Assembly: GCA_048937405.1 (NCBI GenBank)
Contig: JBHLNF010000011.1
Span: 42,119 to 106,118, forward strand
From: Promethearchaeota archaeon
GTDB lineage: Archaea; Asgardarchaeota; Lokiarchaeia; Sigyniarchaeales; SOKP01
DNA: 64,000 nucleotides
Reading direction: 5' to 3'
Part shown: piece by piece, positions 20,062 to 30,933 of the stretch
Numbering within the stretch: position 1 is the first letter of the stretch
Layout of the letters: each line of letters begins with the position of its first letter
Program-made: the position numbers and the translations under genes
Notes under the pieces: model-generated
Databases searched by the model: none
What the model saw: the letters and a program-made list of their open reading frames with translations, nothing else
Told to the model about the DNA's origin: nothing

Positions 20062-21192
20062 TTACTCTTTACTTTCTTCCTTTTCTTCTTGTTCTTTGTT
20101 GAATTCTTCAACCTTCTTCATAACACTTTCAGATGGTGTTTCTGGTAAAGAAATTTTTTCAAAGATTTCTATAAATTTAACATCGTCAATTTCATCAGTC
20201 ATATGTGTTTGTAAATCCATTGCTAACCCGAATTTAACATAAGTTAAATTTTGGAAAAGAAACATTTTTGGAATCGTAATCTCAAGAGTTTTACTCTTAG
20301 GAATATAACTAACTTGAAAATCGGAAATGCTTTCTTTTGGGATTCCTTTATTCATCATAAAATATTCTATCTTTTCATTAAAGTCTTCAATTTTATCTAT
20401 TATTTCTAAATTGTAATCGATACTTTGACCTGCTAAAGGATGGTTATAATCAACAATAACTCTTCCTTGCAGAACATTTGTAACTGTTCCCCTTTGTGTT
20501 TGTCCTTGAGTTTGTTTAACAAATTCTTGTCCTATCTCCGGATTTTTTCCTTCATTCATTCTTCTAAATTTGGCAATACCGATTCTTTCAATCTTTTGAG
20601 GATCGCGTTTTCCAAAAGCTTTGGTAGGTGGTATTCTAACTGATTTTTTTTCAAAAAAATTCATTCCTTTGACTGTCTCAGTAAGGCCTTCATTTAAAAA
20701 TCCTGGTTTGCCCACTATAACAAATTCCGGAGTATAATATCCTTGTTTAGCCTGATTTTCATCATAAATTCCTGCTTTTTTTGCATCTTCTTCTGAAGAA
20801 ACTCGAAAAATTTTCCCTTTTTGTGTTCGAGCAGTGATTTTAATGATAACGAAATCTCCTTCTTCAACTTTCTTGCCTTGTAATTTTGATTTTTTTTGTT
20901 CTAATTTTTTAATCTCTTCTTGAATTTTCTTTTCTTCTTCATCCCCTTCCTTCTTAGTCTGATCAACTTCTTCTTTCTTATTTGGTTCAGTTTTTCCTTT
21001 TTCAGTTTTGCTTTGTATCATTTCTTTAGCATTTTCAATAACTTTTTCGGCTGTAGCTTTCCCAAATCCTTTAAGATCAGTTAATTCTTCTAATTTTGAG
21101 TTTGCTAATTTTTCAACTGTATCAATTCCAGCTTCTTTTAATGTGTCAATCTTTTTGCCTAGACCCTTGATATCTTCTAATTTAAGAGACAT
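20062..21192 (-). CDS. Long-type archaeal FKBP peptidyl-prolyl isomerase with N-terminal helix-hairpin-helix domain
   Basis: IPPTKAFGKRDP and VDYNHPLAGQ; N-terminal IKGLG...LKGFGKATAEK; ATG at 21192 avoids overlap with the upstream gene. Confidence 0.85.
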   Translation of the reverse strand: MSLKLEDIKGLGKKIDTLKEAGIDTVEKLANSKLEELTDLKGFGKATAEKVIENAKEMIQSKTEKGKTEPNKKEEVDQTKKEGDEEEKKIQEEIKKLEQKKSKLQGKKVEEGDFVIIKITARTQKGKIFRVSSEEDAKKAGIYDENQAKQGYYTPEFVIVGKPGFLNEGLTETVKGMNFFEKKSVRIPPTKAFGKRDPQKIERIGIAKFRRMNEGKNPEIGQEFVKQTQGQTQRGTVTNVLQGRVIVDYNHPLAGQSIDYNLEIIDKIEDFNEKIEYFMMNKGIPKESISDFQVSYIPKSKTLEITIPKMFLFQNLTYVKFGLAMDLQTHMTDEIDDVKFIEIFEKISLPETPSESVMKKVEEFNKEQEEKEESKE

Positions 21193-21289
21193 TTCAACTC
21201 GATTAATTTCCTTTTTAAAAGTAGAATCGTTAAAAGTTAATTCAAGCAATATTTGATTACTTATAGATTTTACTAAAATAGAGAATTCC

Positions 21290-22402
21290 TTATGACACAG
21301 GTTCAAATATTATTCCTAATCCTTTTGCATATAATTTTACTTCACGTATTTCATCCGGTGTAGGTCGTCTATTTATCTCTTCATGATTAAAAGCTTTGTA
21401 TTGAGGACGATATTGTTTCATAATATTCATTACAGCATTGGGAAGTTCTTTAGCAACATAATCTAATATTGGTTTAGAACAGCATTCAATATGATTTGGC
21501 ATAACTAAATGTCTAATACAGATTTCTCCACTTCCCTCATCATGGATTCTTTTATGATTTCTGGCTATAACATCAAAGTAGTTATCAATACCAGAATATT
21601 TTTTTCCACACTCATTATTTCCATACTTCCAGTCTGGCAACCAAAAATCCATAAAATCGATAATTAAAGATAAAGCTTTATCTGTTAAGAAAAAGTTTGA
21701 ATTCCATAATTGGCAAATATTGGATTTTTGAAATTTTAAACTCCCAATTATTGTGTGAATGTTTGGAATGGGATCCCCCCCAACATAATTTATATTTATT
21801 GCTCCCCGATCAACTAATTTTTCTGCAATTCCTGCTAAAGATATAGAATTAACTTTCTGTGCAACATCTTCAATGTTTTTACTCCCTTTCCATGCCTGAG
21901 AGATATCATAATTCTGACAAAAGACACAACCAAAATTACAGCCTTGGAAGAAAATTGTACCAGAAGGAATCAAATGAGGTTCTTCTCCCATATGAAGGAA
22001 AGAAGAAGATACATATGAATCTTTTGAAATTAGGCAGAATCCCTTTTCACCACTTATTCTATTTGCTTCGCATTGCCTTTCACAGAATATGCATGCCTGT
22101 AAATACTTAATTGCTATAGTTTCTGCGAGTAATATGTAGTTACTATCTTGTATCACTCTGTGTTCGATGTCAGATATATTTTCATTGAGTAGTTTATTAA
22201 ACTCTTGAGATTTTTCTTTCAATAGTTTTTCAAGCGATTCTATTGAATCTGTTAGCTTAAAGTCACATTTAACACTCTTAGCTATTAGATATCTAGCTAA
22301 TTGAGTTCCATCAATAATTCCTCGATATTTTGAAAATCTTTTGAGAATTTCTTTATCTTCCCAAACACGTACCGAATCTGGTCGAAGTGCTTTAAAAACC
22401 AT
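21290..22402 (-). CDS. Radical SAM protein, PflX-like
   Basis: GEEP..IPSGTIFF.GCNFGCVFCQNYDIS, RHLVMPNH. Confidence 0.88.
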   Translation of the reverse strand: MVFKALRPDSVRVWEDKEILKRFSKYRGIIDGTQLARYLIAKSVKCDFKLTDSIESLEKLLKEKSQEFNKLLNENISDIEHRVIQDSNYILLAETIAIKYLQACIFCERQCEANRISGEKGFCLISKDSYVSSSFLHMGEEPHLIPSGTIFFQGCNFGCVFCQNYDISQAWKGSKNIEDVAQKVNSISLAGIAEKLVDRGAININYVGGDPIPNIHTIIGSLKFQKSNICQLWNSNFFLTDKALSLIIDFMDFWLPDWKYGNNECGKKYSGIDNYFDVIARNHKRIHDEGSGEICIRHLVMPNHIECCSKPILDYVAKELPNAVMNIMKQYRPQYKAFNHEEINRRPTPDEIREVKLYAKGLGIIFEPVS

Positions 22403-22427
22403 AATAAATTAGATAGGGTTGTAAAAA

Positions 22428-23156
22428 CTAAATCTCAAAAGATAACCAATCTATAATATTTGAAAGAAATTTTAGATTATCTCCGGCATCTAATCCAAAA
22501 TCATTCTCTAAAAGCCAATCTGATGAGCCTATGGTAACACATCTGCCATTGAAAAATTCTGATACAACACATATCGGAACTGGCCCAAGAGCACCTATTT
22601 CTTCATCTACATAATACTTAAACTCCGCTTTTTCAGAAGTAACAATTAAATCTTCCACCTCTTCTTCAGTAAGAGTAAAAAAAGTACAATTGGGCAATAC
22701 TAATTCAGTTATACCCTCGGTTATTGGATGATTAAACAGCTCAGTAACTAAAATATTTTTCTTTTTAATTAGATAATTAGAGGGCGCTTCTTGAATGATT
22801 CCATTCCAATATCTTCGAACACCACTTATTTTATATAACACTCTAATAGAGCCATTCTTCATAGGTATATCTTTATCACCTCCATCTCCGCTTGTTAAAA
22901 GTAATCCTCCACCTTCTCCTACAAATTTTTTGATAGCGAGTAATTCGTTTTGGGTTAATTTATCTTTTTTCCCATCCTTAGAATGTTGGATATTTCCAAT
23001 GAATAAAATGTCAAAGTCTTCAAGCATATCAAATTCGATAGGTCCTTCATTTTTATCAATATATTCGACTTCATAATCATCCTCTCCTAATGCGAACTCG
23101 GGAAATTCCTCTAACTTTTCCTTATGAGACAAATCTACAATAATTCTATAACTCAT
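22428..23156 (-). CDS. GATase1-like (DUF4350/GIFT-like) domain protein
   Basis: IIVDLSHKE, FVGEGGGLLL, HPITEG, GRCVTIG, DNLKFLSNIIDWL. Confidence 0.6.
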   Translation of the reverse strand: MSYRIIVDLSHKEKLEEFPEFALGEDDYEVEYIDKNEGPIEFDMLEDFDILFIGNIQHSKDGKKDKLTQNELLAIKKFVGEGGGLLLTSGDGGDKDIPMKNGSIRVLYKISGVRRYWNGIIQEAPSNYLIKKKNILVTELFNHPITEGITELVLPNCTFFTLTEEEVEDLIVTSEKAEFKYYVDEEIGALGPVPICVVSEFFNGRCVTIGSSDWLLENDFGLDAGDNLKFLSNIIDWLSFEI

Positions 23157-23394
23157 CCCAATACACTGTTATATTTTTGCTTTACAATGAATATTCCTAG
23201 TTTTGAGCAACAATTTAAAGATACTTTCAGAGAAAATCCTTCTATCTTAAGATTATATAATATAATTTTATAAAATTATGCTATTAGTATTATTAAATAT
23301 TTTCTTTTAAATTTTTTTAAATGAAAATAAAGATAGATAAAACTTAAATAAGAGGAGACCTAATTTTTGTGTCAAAAAGAAAAAGTAAGGAAAA

Positions 23395-24087
23395 TTAGAT
23401 TGATATGAATTCTCGTTCGGCAGGACCCTCTTTATTAATCACAACAATATCAATCCCATTACCACTCGCCATATCACGTATAATTGAAGAGGACACCGCT
23501 TTTTTTACGATTTCTTTGCCTTCTTCAATTGTTAAATTATCTTTATATCTTGCTTCTAAAACACCATATGAGAAATTTTGACCACTTCCGACAGCGCAGT
23601 ATTTCTCAGGTAAAATGGACCCATAAGCACTAATATCTAAAAGAACTGGACCTTCTTCTTCTGTAACTCCCCCTAAAATAAGTCCTACTTCAAAGGGAAA
23701 CATTTTGTTTTGATATAAGATATTGGATAGTAATTTGGCAGCAGATTTTACTAATATTGGTTTATTATCATGAGCCAATTGATATATAGTAGTTTCCGCA
23801 CGCAAAATATCCACTAAGTATAAGGCGTCTGCAACTCCTCCAGCAATGGTCATCCAGAGGTGTTCTTGGAGTTTATGGACTTTTTCAGCAGTTTTACTTG
23901 CTACAAAGTATGCCATTGAAGCTCTCTTATCTGCTCCTAAAATAATAGCGTCTTTACATGTTAAACCAACTGTTGTAGTACCCGTTTTTAACGTATGAGT
24001 ATTAATTTGCTGTTTTTTCTGTAATTTTAATGCTGAATTCTTCATAAATTCAGATTTAATTAGCTTTAATAAATCTTCTTTACTCAT
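23395..24087 (-). CDS. psmB: Proteasome beta subunit
   Basis: Propeptide then KTG/TTTVG, ADKRAS, AVGSG, RDMASG. Confidence 0.96.
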   Translation of the reverse strand: MSKEDLLKLIKSEFMKNSALKLQKKQQINTHTLKTGTTTVGLTCKDAIILGADKRASMAYFVASKTAEKVHKLQEHLWMTIAGGVADALYLVDILRAETTIYQLAHDNKPILVKSAAKLLSNILYQNKMFPFEVGLILGGVTEEEGPVLLDISAYGSILPEKYCAVGSGQNFSYGVLEARYKDNLTIEEGKEIVKKAVSSSIIRDMASGNGIDIVVINKEGPAEREFISI

Positions 24088-24250
24088 AATTTCATTAAAG
24101 AACTCTTGTTTTTATAATTTTTTTTAATTTTTTATCAATTTTTTCTAAAGGTGCTCAAGTAGTTATATATAATTATGACGTTTAAATTTAGATATTATCA
24201 CTCAACTTAAAGACAATACTTTTAAAATAAGTATAAATACTATTTTTTAA

Positions 24251-25186
24251 ATGGCTGAGTTAGTTTGGTTTATTTTAATTTTTGTTGTCATATTCACTTG
24301 GGCAATAGCATCTCTAGTTTATAAAAGAGGATTGGAAAAAACACAGCCAAAAGCTAATTTATTCTTTAGATTATGTTGTACAAGTTTAGGAACCTTTATG
24401 TTCTCTTTAATTTTAGGAAATTATAATATTCTTGGAGATTTAACTAATTTAGAAATAATTTCCTATCTGATGGCTTGCCTAATATCAGGACTAAGTGTTA
24501 CAATTGGAGATTTGTTGTATTATATGTCATTAAAAAAAATTGATGCCTCGCGTACCTATCCTCTCGTTCAAACATCGCTAATTTTTGTAATTTTTTTCTC
24601 TATCTTCTTGTATAATGAAAATATCACCTATTCCATCCTTATCGGAAGTATATTAATCCTTTTAAGCATTTTCATATTAAGTACAAAAGATAAAACAGAA
24701 AAAAATGATCTAAAGACAAGCCTAAAAGAAAAAATCTCAGAAGATTTAATTATTGGTGTGATATTAGCAATTGGTACAGCATTTTTTTGGGCGCTCGCAT
24801 ATATTTCATTAAATCAAGCAAGGCTTTTAACTGGAGATGTGTTTATATCTAACTTTTTTAGAGTAGGTTTTGGAATGATCGCAATAGCAATATTGGGGAT
24901 ATTTCAACGTGAATATTATGGAGGATTTAAAAAAGAAAATCGTAAAAATTTAAAATTCTATGCCTACATTGGAATAGCAGGAATAATTTCTTTAGGTTTT
25001 GCTGATGCTATATATATAAAAGCAGCAGAAATCAATGGGTTGATATTGACATCAGCATTTACAATTAATACACCAATGGTTCAACAGATCCTTTCAATTC
25101 TTTTTTTAAAAGAAAAATTTCGGAAAAGGTTTATAATTGCTGTCATTCTCATTATTATTGGCAATTATATTATTTTATTTTTATAA
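24251..25186 (+). CDS. DMT/EamA family transporter
   Basis: Two 5-TM repeats, LYNENIT and FLKEKF motifs. Confidence 0.85.
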   Translation: MAELVWFILIFVVIFTWAIASLVYKRGLEKTQPKANLFFRLCCTSLGTFMFSLILGNYNILGDLTNLEIISYLMACLISGLSVTIGDLLYYMSLKKIDASRTYPLVQTSLIFVIFFSIFLYNENITYSILIGSILILLSIFILSTKDKTEKNDLKTSLKEKISEDLIIGVILAIGTAFFWALAYISLNQARLLTGDVFISNFFRVGFGMIAIAILGIFQREYYGGFKKENRKNLKFYAYIGIAGIISLGFADAIYIKAAEINGLILTSAFTINTPMVQQILSILFLKEKFRKRFIIAVILIIIGNYIILFL

Positions 25187-25308
25187 TATAAGCAAATTAT
25201 TTTTCTTGATATTCTGAAAACTTAGAGTATTATCTAGTAAAAATTAAAAATACTGGAAATTATTATATTTAATTAATTTGTAAAAAAATTCTTTTATAAT
25301 AAGAATCC

Positions 25309-25980
25309 ATGTCTCTTGAAGATTTAATAGGTAAAAATAAGATAAAAGCTGATGATTATATTATTATTTTCATGATTGGAAGTTATTTACTCTTTGCTTT
25401 ATTTTTCCATTTAGAGGCACTTGTATGTATTATATTTTATCCTTTTGCATCTCTTGGGATTTGTGGCGTTTTAAAAATTATAAATGCACTTAATAAAAGA
25501 AATCATGGTGGACATGTAAATGAAAATATGATTTTAGTTGGTATAATTTATATCATATTATCAATTCTATTTTCAACTTTTATATTATCACAACCTAATA
25601 TAACATCACATATCGTAATCTCAATAATTTCATATCCTTTATTGGTTGTTGGATGTGCTGGAATTATTAAAGGTATGCTAATTGAGATATATTCAATTCG
25701 GTATAGAATAATTAATATCCTCATAGGCCTTTTTACAATAATCGTATGTTCTTTTGCCTTTTTTTCTGTAGTGAGCAGTCTTTTAATTAATATGATTATA
25801 TTTTCTATAGTATTTTTTTTGAATGTTCTAAGTAGAGCAGCGCTATATTTAAGTGAGTATGGCTTATCTCTTCGCCACTTAACAAATCTTAAACTCTTTT
25901 TCTATATAATATCAGACTATATTATATGTATAGATGCAAATGGAGATGTTGTACTAAGTAAAATAAATTTAACTATTTAA
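25309..25980 (+). CDS. Hypothetical membrane protein
   Basis: About six hydrophobic segments. Confidence 0.6.
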   Translation: MSLEDLIGKNKIKADDYIIIFMIGSYLLFALFFHLEALVCIIFYPFASLGICGVLKIINALNKRNHGGHVNENMILVGIIYIILSILFSTFILSQPNITSHIVISIISYPLLVVGCAGIIKGMLIEIYSIRYRIINILIGLFTIIVCSFAFFSVVSSLLINMIIFSIVFFLNVLSRAALYLSEYGLSLRHLTNLKLFFYIISDYIICIDANGDVVLSKINLTI

Positions 25981-26172
25981 TGTATTTTGCTTTGTATTCC
26001 AATTTATGAATATTTGTGGATGATCTATAGTAGAGTGATTCTTTATGTTTAGAACTCTTAGAATATATAATCTAAAATTTTATTTAAAAAAGCAAAAATT
26101 ATATCTAATCCTATTACTTAATTAAGTTTACTAAACTAAAATTTTCAAACTAGACCAAAAAACATTCCAATT

Positions 26173-27288
26173 ATGACAGATATTCATTTTAATAAAGAAA
26201 AAGGTTCACAGCTTAAATTATTCACTCCAGGTCCTGTTTATGTTCCTGAAAGAGTCTTAAAGGAAATGGCTAAGCCAAATGATACACATAGATCTAAAGC
26301 CTACTCAGAAATGCATCAAATGGTGGCAGAAGGTCTTCAGAAATTATTATATACAAAAAATGAGTGTTTAATTTTTACATCGAGTGCAACAGGGATAATG
26401 GAGGCTTGTGTGAGAAATCTAATTAAAGATGATGAAAAAGGATTATTTTTTTCAGTTGGGGCTTTTGGAGATCGATGGTATGAGATTGGGGTATCAAATG
26501 GAAAAACTTCAATTAAAGAAGGTGTTGAATGGGGGAAAGGGATATCTTCTGAAATTACTCAAAAGGTATTAAACAAAGATAATTATTCAGTTGTCTTTAT
26601 TCAAGCTAATGAAACTTCAACTGGGGTATATAACCCTATTGATGAAATAGCTCCAATTATCAAAGATTCAGGAGCTTTATTATGTGTAGATGCTACATCA
26701 TCAATGGCAGGGGTAAAATTAGAAGTTGATAAATTAGGAATAGATGTTGCTTTAGCATCTGTTCAAAAATGCTTTGCTTTACCACCAGGACTAGCAGTTT
26801 GTTCTGTTTCCACTGCTGCTTTTGAAAAAGCAGAGAATGTGAAAAATAGAGGTTTATACTTTGATTTGATTGAAATGAAAAAAAGACACGTTGCCAAATA
26901 TCAAACTCCAACTACTCCACCTATACCACAAATACGAGGTCTAACAGCACAATTAGATTTTATGCTAAATGAAGAAGGTTTAGAAAAGAGATTTGAGAGA
27001 CATGAACAACTTGCAAAACAAACTCGAAAATGGGTTCATGAGAATAGCCTAGAAATGTTTCCAGAGAATGGATTTGAGTCAAATACCGTATCAACTATAA
27101 AGAATTCATTAAATTTAGATCTTCCAAGAATGATCTCCATGCTTCTGGGAAAAGGTTACCGAATTGTGAATGGGTATGGACAGCTCGCAAACAAAACCTT
27201 TAGAATTGGTCATATGGGAGAAATTCAAATCAAAGAAATTGATAAAATGTTAAAAGTACTTACAGACATCATTAGTGACCTGAAATAA
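26173..27288 (+). CDS. Class V PLP aminotransferase (serine-pyruvate/phosphoserine aminotransferase-like)
   Basis: FTPGP, NETSTGV, DATSS, SVQKCFALPPG, FRIGHMG; sits before a serA-like gene. Confidence 0.9.
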   Translation: MTDIHFNKEKGSQLKLFTPGPVYVPERVLKEMAKPNDTHRSKAYSEMHQMVAEGLQKLLYTKNECLIFTSSATGIMEACVRNLIKDDEKGLFFSVGAFGDRWYEIGVSNGKTSIKEGVEWGKGISSEITQKVLNKDNYSVVFIQANETSTGVYNPIDEIAPIIKDSGALLCVDATSSMAGVKLEVDKLGIDVALASVQKCFALPPGLAVCSVSTAAFEKAENVKNRGLYFDLIEMKKRHVAKYQTPTTPPIPQIRGLTAQLDFMLNEEGLEKRFERHEQLAKQTRKWVHENSLEMFPENGFESNTVSTIKNSLNLDLPRMISMLLGKGYRIVNGYGQLANKTFRIGHMGEIQIKEIDKMLKVLTDIISDLK

Positions 27289-27424
27289 CAAAAATTATTA
27301 TCAGTTTTTTTTTTATTAAAACAATCCTTAATTTGACTTGTGTCTTATTAAATTAAGAAAAACTCATTAAAAATTGAAACCTAAAAATAGATTCAAGTAA
27401 TTAAAATCAATTTGTGTGATATAC

Positions 27425-28357
27425 ATGAAAATATTAATTACTGATAAAATGCAAGATATAGGTATTAAAATATTTGAAGAAAATGGATTTGAAGTTACAA
27501 AAAACTTTACAATTACTAAAGAAGAATTGAGACAGAAAATTGGGGACTATGATGTTGTTGTCGTACGTTCAAGAACAAAATTAACTGCTGACATATTAGA
27601 AAATGCCAAGAATCTGAAAGTTATTGGAAGGTCTGGAGTAGGATTAGATAATATAGATCAAAAAAAGGCTGCTGAACTGAATATAGAAATTTTTAATACA
27701 CCAGAAGCACCAGCCGTTTCAGTTGGAGAATTTGCATTAGCATTAATGTTAACTTTGGCTAGAAGAATATCTTATGCCGATCGTACGACCCATGAAGCTC
27801 AATGGAATAAAAATGAGTGTTTAGGATATACTTTAGAAGGAAAAAAACTTGGATTAATAGGTTTTGGAAATACTGCAAAATATTTAGCAAAAATTACACT
27901 TGCTTTAGGTATGGATGTTGGAGTATATTCCAGATTTAGTAAAGGACAAGTTGCTATTGATGAAGCTAAAAAGATTGGTTGCTCAATCTATCCAACCCTC
28001 GAAGAATTATTAATAAATGCTCAAATTATCTCATTACATCTCCCTTCTTCACCCCAAACTGAAAATATTATAAATGAAGAAAGGATAAATCTAATGAGAA
28101 AAGATGCTATAATTATAAATACAGCAAGAGGTAGCTTAATTGATAATAAAGCTTTATTAAAAGCTTTAAGAAACAAAGTTATTTCTGGTGCGGCGCTTGA
28201 TGTTTATCAAGAAGAACCTCTTAAAGATCAAGACTTAATTGATTGGAATGAGAATCTCATACTTACACCACATATAGCAAGTCAAACTGTTGAAAATCAA
28301 ACTGCTGCAGCCATTTTAATTGCACAAAAAATCTCAAGTTTTCTAAAAAAGGGATAA
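27425..28357 (+). CDS. serA: D-3-phosphoglycerate dehydrogenase-like D-2-hydroxyacid dehydrogenase
   Basis: VRSRTK, GVGLDNID, GLIGFG, INTARG, ALDVY.EEP, TPHIA; no ACT domain. Confidence 0.8.
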   Translation: MKILITDKMQDIGIKIFEENGFEVTKNFTITKEELRQKIGDYDVVVVRSRTKLTADILENAKNLKVIGRSGVGLDNIDQKKAAELNIEIFNTPEAPAVSVGEFALALMLTLARRISYADRTTHEAQWNKNECLGYTLEGKKLGLIGFGNTAKYLAKITLALGMDVGVYSRFSKGQVAIDEAKKIGCSIYPTLEELLINAQIISLHLPSSPQTENIINEERINLMRKDAIIINTARGSLIDNKALLKALRNKVISGAALDVYQEEPLKDQDLIDWNENLILTPHIASQTVENQTAAAILIAQKISSFLKKG

Positions 28358-28370
28358 ATTCACAGTTCAT

Positions 28371-29573
28371 TTAATTTTCTTCTAAATCGTGTAGAATCAA
28401 TCCTGACAGAACTTTTGGATCAAACCAAGTAGATTTAGGAGGCATAACCTCACCTTTATTTGCAATTATCTCAAGATCTTTGATATCTACTGGATATAAA
28501 TTAAAAAATAAATCATTTCCTTTCTCTGTAACATATTTTTCCATTTTTTTGGGATCTTGAATACCTCCTACAAAGAAAATGTTTTCATCAGACCGTATAT
28601 CAACAATATTCAAAATTGGTTTTAAGATATAATTCTGAAGAATTGCCACATCTAAACTATCTTTTTGGTTTTCAAATTTTTTATTTTTAACGATGAGTTT
28701 ATACCAATTACCTTTTAAGCAACATGCTATTACATTTTTTTTCTCTGGATTAAACGCTTGCTTCATTGGAATGATTTCAAAATCTTTTTCTAATTTCTCC
28801 AAGAAAGATTTTTGTTCTAAAGATAATTTCTTAATTACACGGTTATATGGTAATATACGAATTTGATCATCTGATGCCACATAGCATAATAAATATTCCC
28901 AAGGTGCTTTTAACTCCTTATTTCTATCTTGTTTCTGTAATTTCATTTTACGATATTCTGCAGCGCTAGCAGCCCTGTGATGTCCATCCGCAATGTAAAT
29001 CTTTTTATCTTTAAATAAATCTGTTAGTTTTTTGATTACTTTTATATCAGTTTCTTGCCATAAAAGATGGCGATACCCATATTTAGTAAAGTCAAATATA
29101 GGTTCTTTTTTTTCTATCCCTTCAACTAAAGAATTTATTTTTTTATTAGCCTCAAAAACTGTCCATACCAGACCTGCAGCAACTTTTGATGCAGCAATAT
29201 GATTGGTACGGTCTCTAAGTGGTTTTTCCCTCGTATGTTCATGTCTCACTATCGTACCATTTTCATAATCTTGAAGAGCAACTCCAACTATTAATCCTTG
29301 ATGACTAAAATTAGTAGATTCTTGACGATATATAAATATACTTGGATTATTTACCTTTTCAATTATCTCTATTTTCTTAAAATTACTATAAGCAGTAGCA
29401 GCATTTCGATAAATTTGATCACCTTCTCCATTCGGTAATAAAAGATGTATTAATGAATTTGTATTTTTCTTTAACTCCTGTTCTTCTTCTTTACTTATAA
29501 TATCATATGGATTAGTACAAAACTCTTTAGGATTAATAGGAATATAGGGTTTTAACGGAGAGATCAATACCAT
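28371..29573 (-). CDS. DUF1015 family protein
   Basis: PYDII, HEHT, IADGHHR, MPPKSTWFDPK. Confidence 0.9.
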   Translation of the reverse strand: MVLISPLKPYIPINPKEFCTNPYDIISKEEEQELKKNTNSLIHLLLPNGEGDQIYRNAATAYSNFKKIEIIEKVNNPSIFIYRQESTNFSHQGLIVGVALQDYENGTIVRHEHTREKPLRDRTNHIAASKVAAGLVWTVFEANKKINSLVEGIEKKEPIFDFTKYGYRHLLWQETDIKVIKKLTDLFKDKKIYIADGHHRAASAAEYRKMKLQKQDRNKELKAPWEYLLCYVASDDQIRILPYNRVIKKLSLEQKSFLEKLEKDFEIIPMKQAFNPEKKNVIACCLKGNWYKLIVKNKKFENQKDSLDVAILQNYILKPILNIVDIRSDENIFFVGGIQDPKKMEKYVTEKGNDLFFNLYPVDIKDLEIIANKGEVMPPKSTWFDPKVLSGLILHDLEEN

Positions 29574-29835
29574 GATATTATTTAAAAGTATTTGATAAAT
29601 ATATTAATTTCCATAACAAAATGAATTAATACAGCAAATTTTTCATATTTAATATATTTGAATTTAATAAAAATACTGTATTAAACTAAGAATTCTCATT
29701 ACTTTCTATTTCGAAAATTATTTTAAACTAAGCTTTCTTAATAGATATAATTTTTTTTGTGAAAAAATTATTAAACATTTAATTTATATAAATATCATTA
29801 AAATCTAACTTAAATCAAAATAAAGAGATATAAAT

Positions 29836-30834
29836 ATGCCGAAGGATTTAAGGAAAGCTCTAGACGGAATTGAATCAAGCGAGAAAGAGATAGCAACCAT
29901 TCAGGCAAAGGTTGATAAACTTACTGCGTTAGTAGAGCGACAAAAAAAAATAATTACTGACCAAGAAGTAATAGTTGAACAACAAAAAAGTAAAATTTCT
30001 CAAATGACTGATGTCCCAGCAGATATACTTGAATTAAAGGAGTTGATTGGAGAGCAAAGACATTTAATTAATGAGAAAGATATTGAACTAGAATATGCAA
30101 AAGGGGAGATAGCTCAATATAAGAGAGAAATGGAATTAATAAAAAAGCAAATTGTACCAACTCAAAAAAAGTTAGAAGAAGCTTATGAAACTATGGGTAA
30201 TTTAAGGACAGAATTAGCTGAAAAAAACTCAGAATTAATCTTAAAAAATGAAGCAATAAAAAATCATGAAAACAAAATACAAGAATTAGAAGCATTTACT
30301 GATAAATTCAAAGAAGAACAGGTCAAGATGATCAAGGAAATGGAAGAAAAGTACCGTACAGAAACTCAAGAACTAAAGGAAGAGATAGGCAAATTAGAAA
30401 ACGTTTTAATGGACAGCAAATTAACTTCTACTGAAAAATCCTCAGAAGCGAAAGATGCAACTTCTAGACTCGAAAGTATGAAAGCGAAATTTGATGAATT
30501 AGTCAATAAGGTAGAAGATTTAGGTGATAAAAACAGAGACGCAAATGAAGAAATTGAGCGACTGAATAAAGAACTTATTAATATGAAGAATTTCCAGAAA
30601 GATAATATAGATAAAGTTAGTTTTTATGATAAATTGAAACCTTTAATGGAAAAAGAACCTCTTTTTAAAACTTTTTTAATAGTTGAAGAAGTAGGGGGAA
30701 TAACATTAGAAGATCTTAAGAATGCATTAGGAGTTCCTATTGTTACTGTTAAAAAGAATATTCAACAGTTAGAAGATATTGGACTTCTTGATACTGATGA
30801 TCGAGGAAAAATTATTATTAAAAGTATAGAGTAA
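29836..30834 (+). CDS. Long coiled-coil protein with C-terminal winged helix
   Basis: Heptad-rich for about 260 aa; ends ITLEDLKNALGVPIVTVKKNIQQLEDIGLL. Confidence 0.7.
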   Translation: MPKDLRKALDGIESSEKEIATIQAKVDKLTALVERQKKIITDQEVIVEQQKSKISQMTDVPADILELKELIGEQRHLINEKDIELEYAKGEIAQYKREMELIKKQIVPTQKKLEEAYETMGNLRTELAEKNSELILKNEAIKNHENKIQELEAFTDKFKEEQVKMIKEMEEKYRTETQELKEEIGKLENVLMDSKLTSTEKSSEAKDATSRLESMKAKFDELVNKVEDLGDKNRDANEEIERLNKELINMKNFQKDNIDKVSFYDKLKPLMEKEPLFKTFLIVEEVGGITLEDLKNALGVPIVTVKKNIQQLEDIGLLDTDDRGKIIIKSIE

Positions 30835-30933
30835 TTAAATTCTACTATTTTATTTATTCAATTGTTGAAATTTTAAATTTCCTTCCAATTTTTAAATTGA
30901 TTTAACAAAGAATTAAGGAGCTATTAAAGATTT

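Noticed and set aside
21193-21306. N-terminal extension of the FKBP ORF as given in the track
   Set aside because: It overlaps the upstream gene's end and looks non-coding; ATG at 21192 begins the HhH domain
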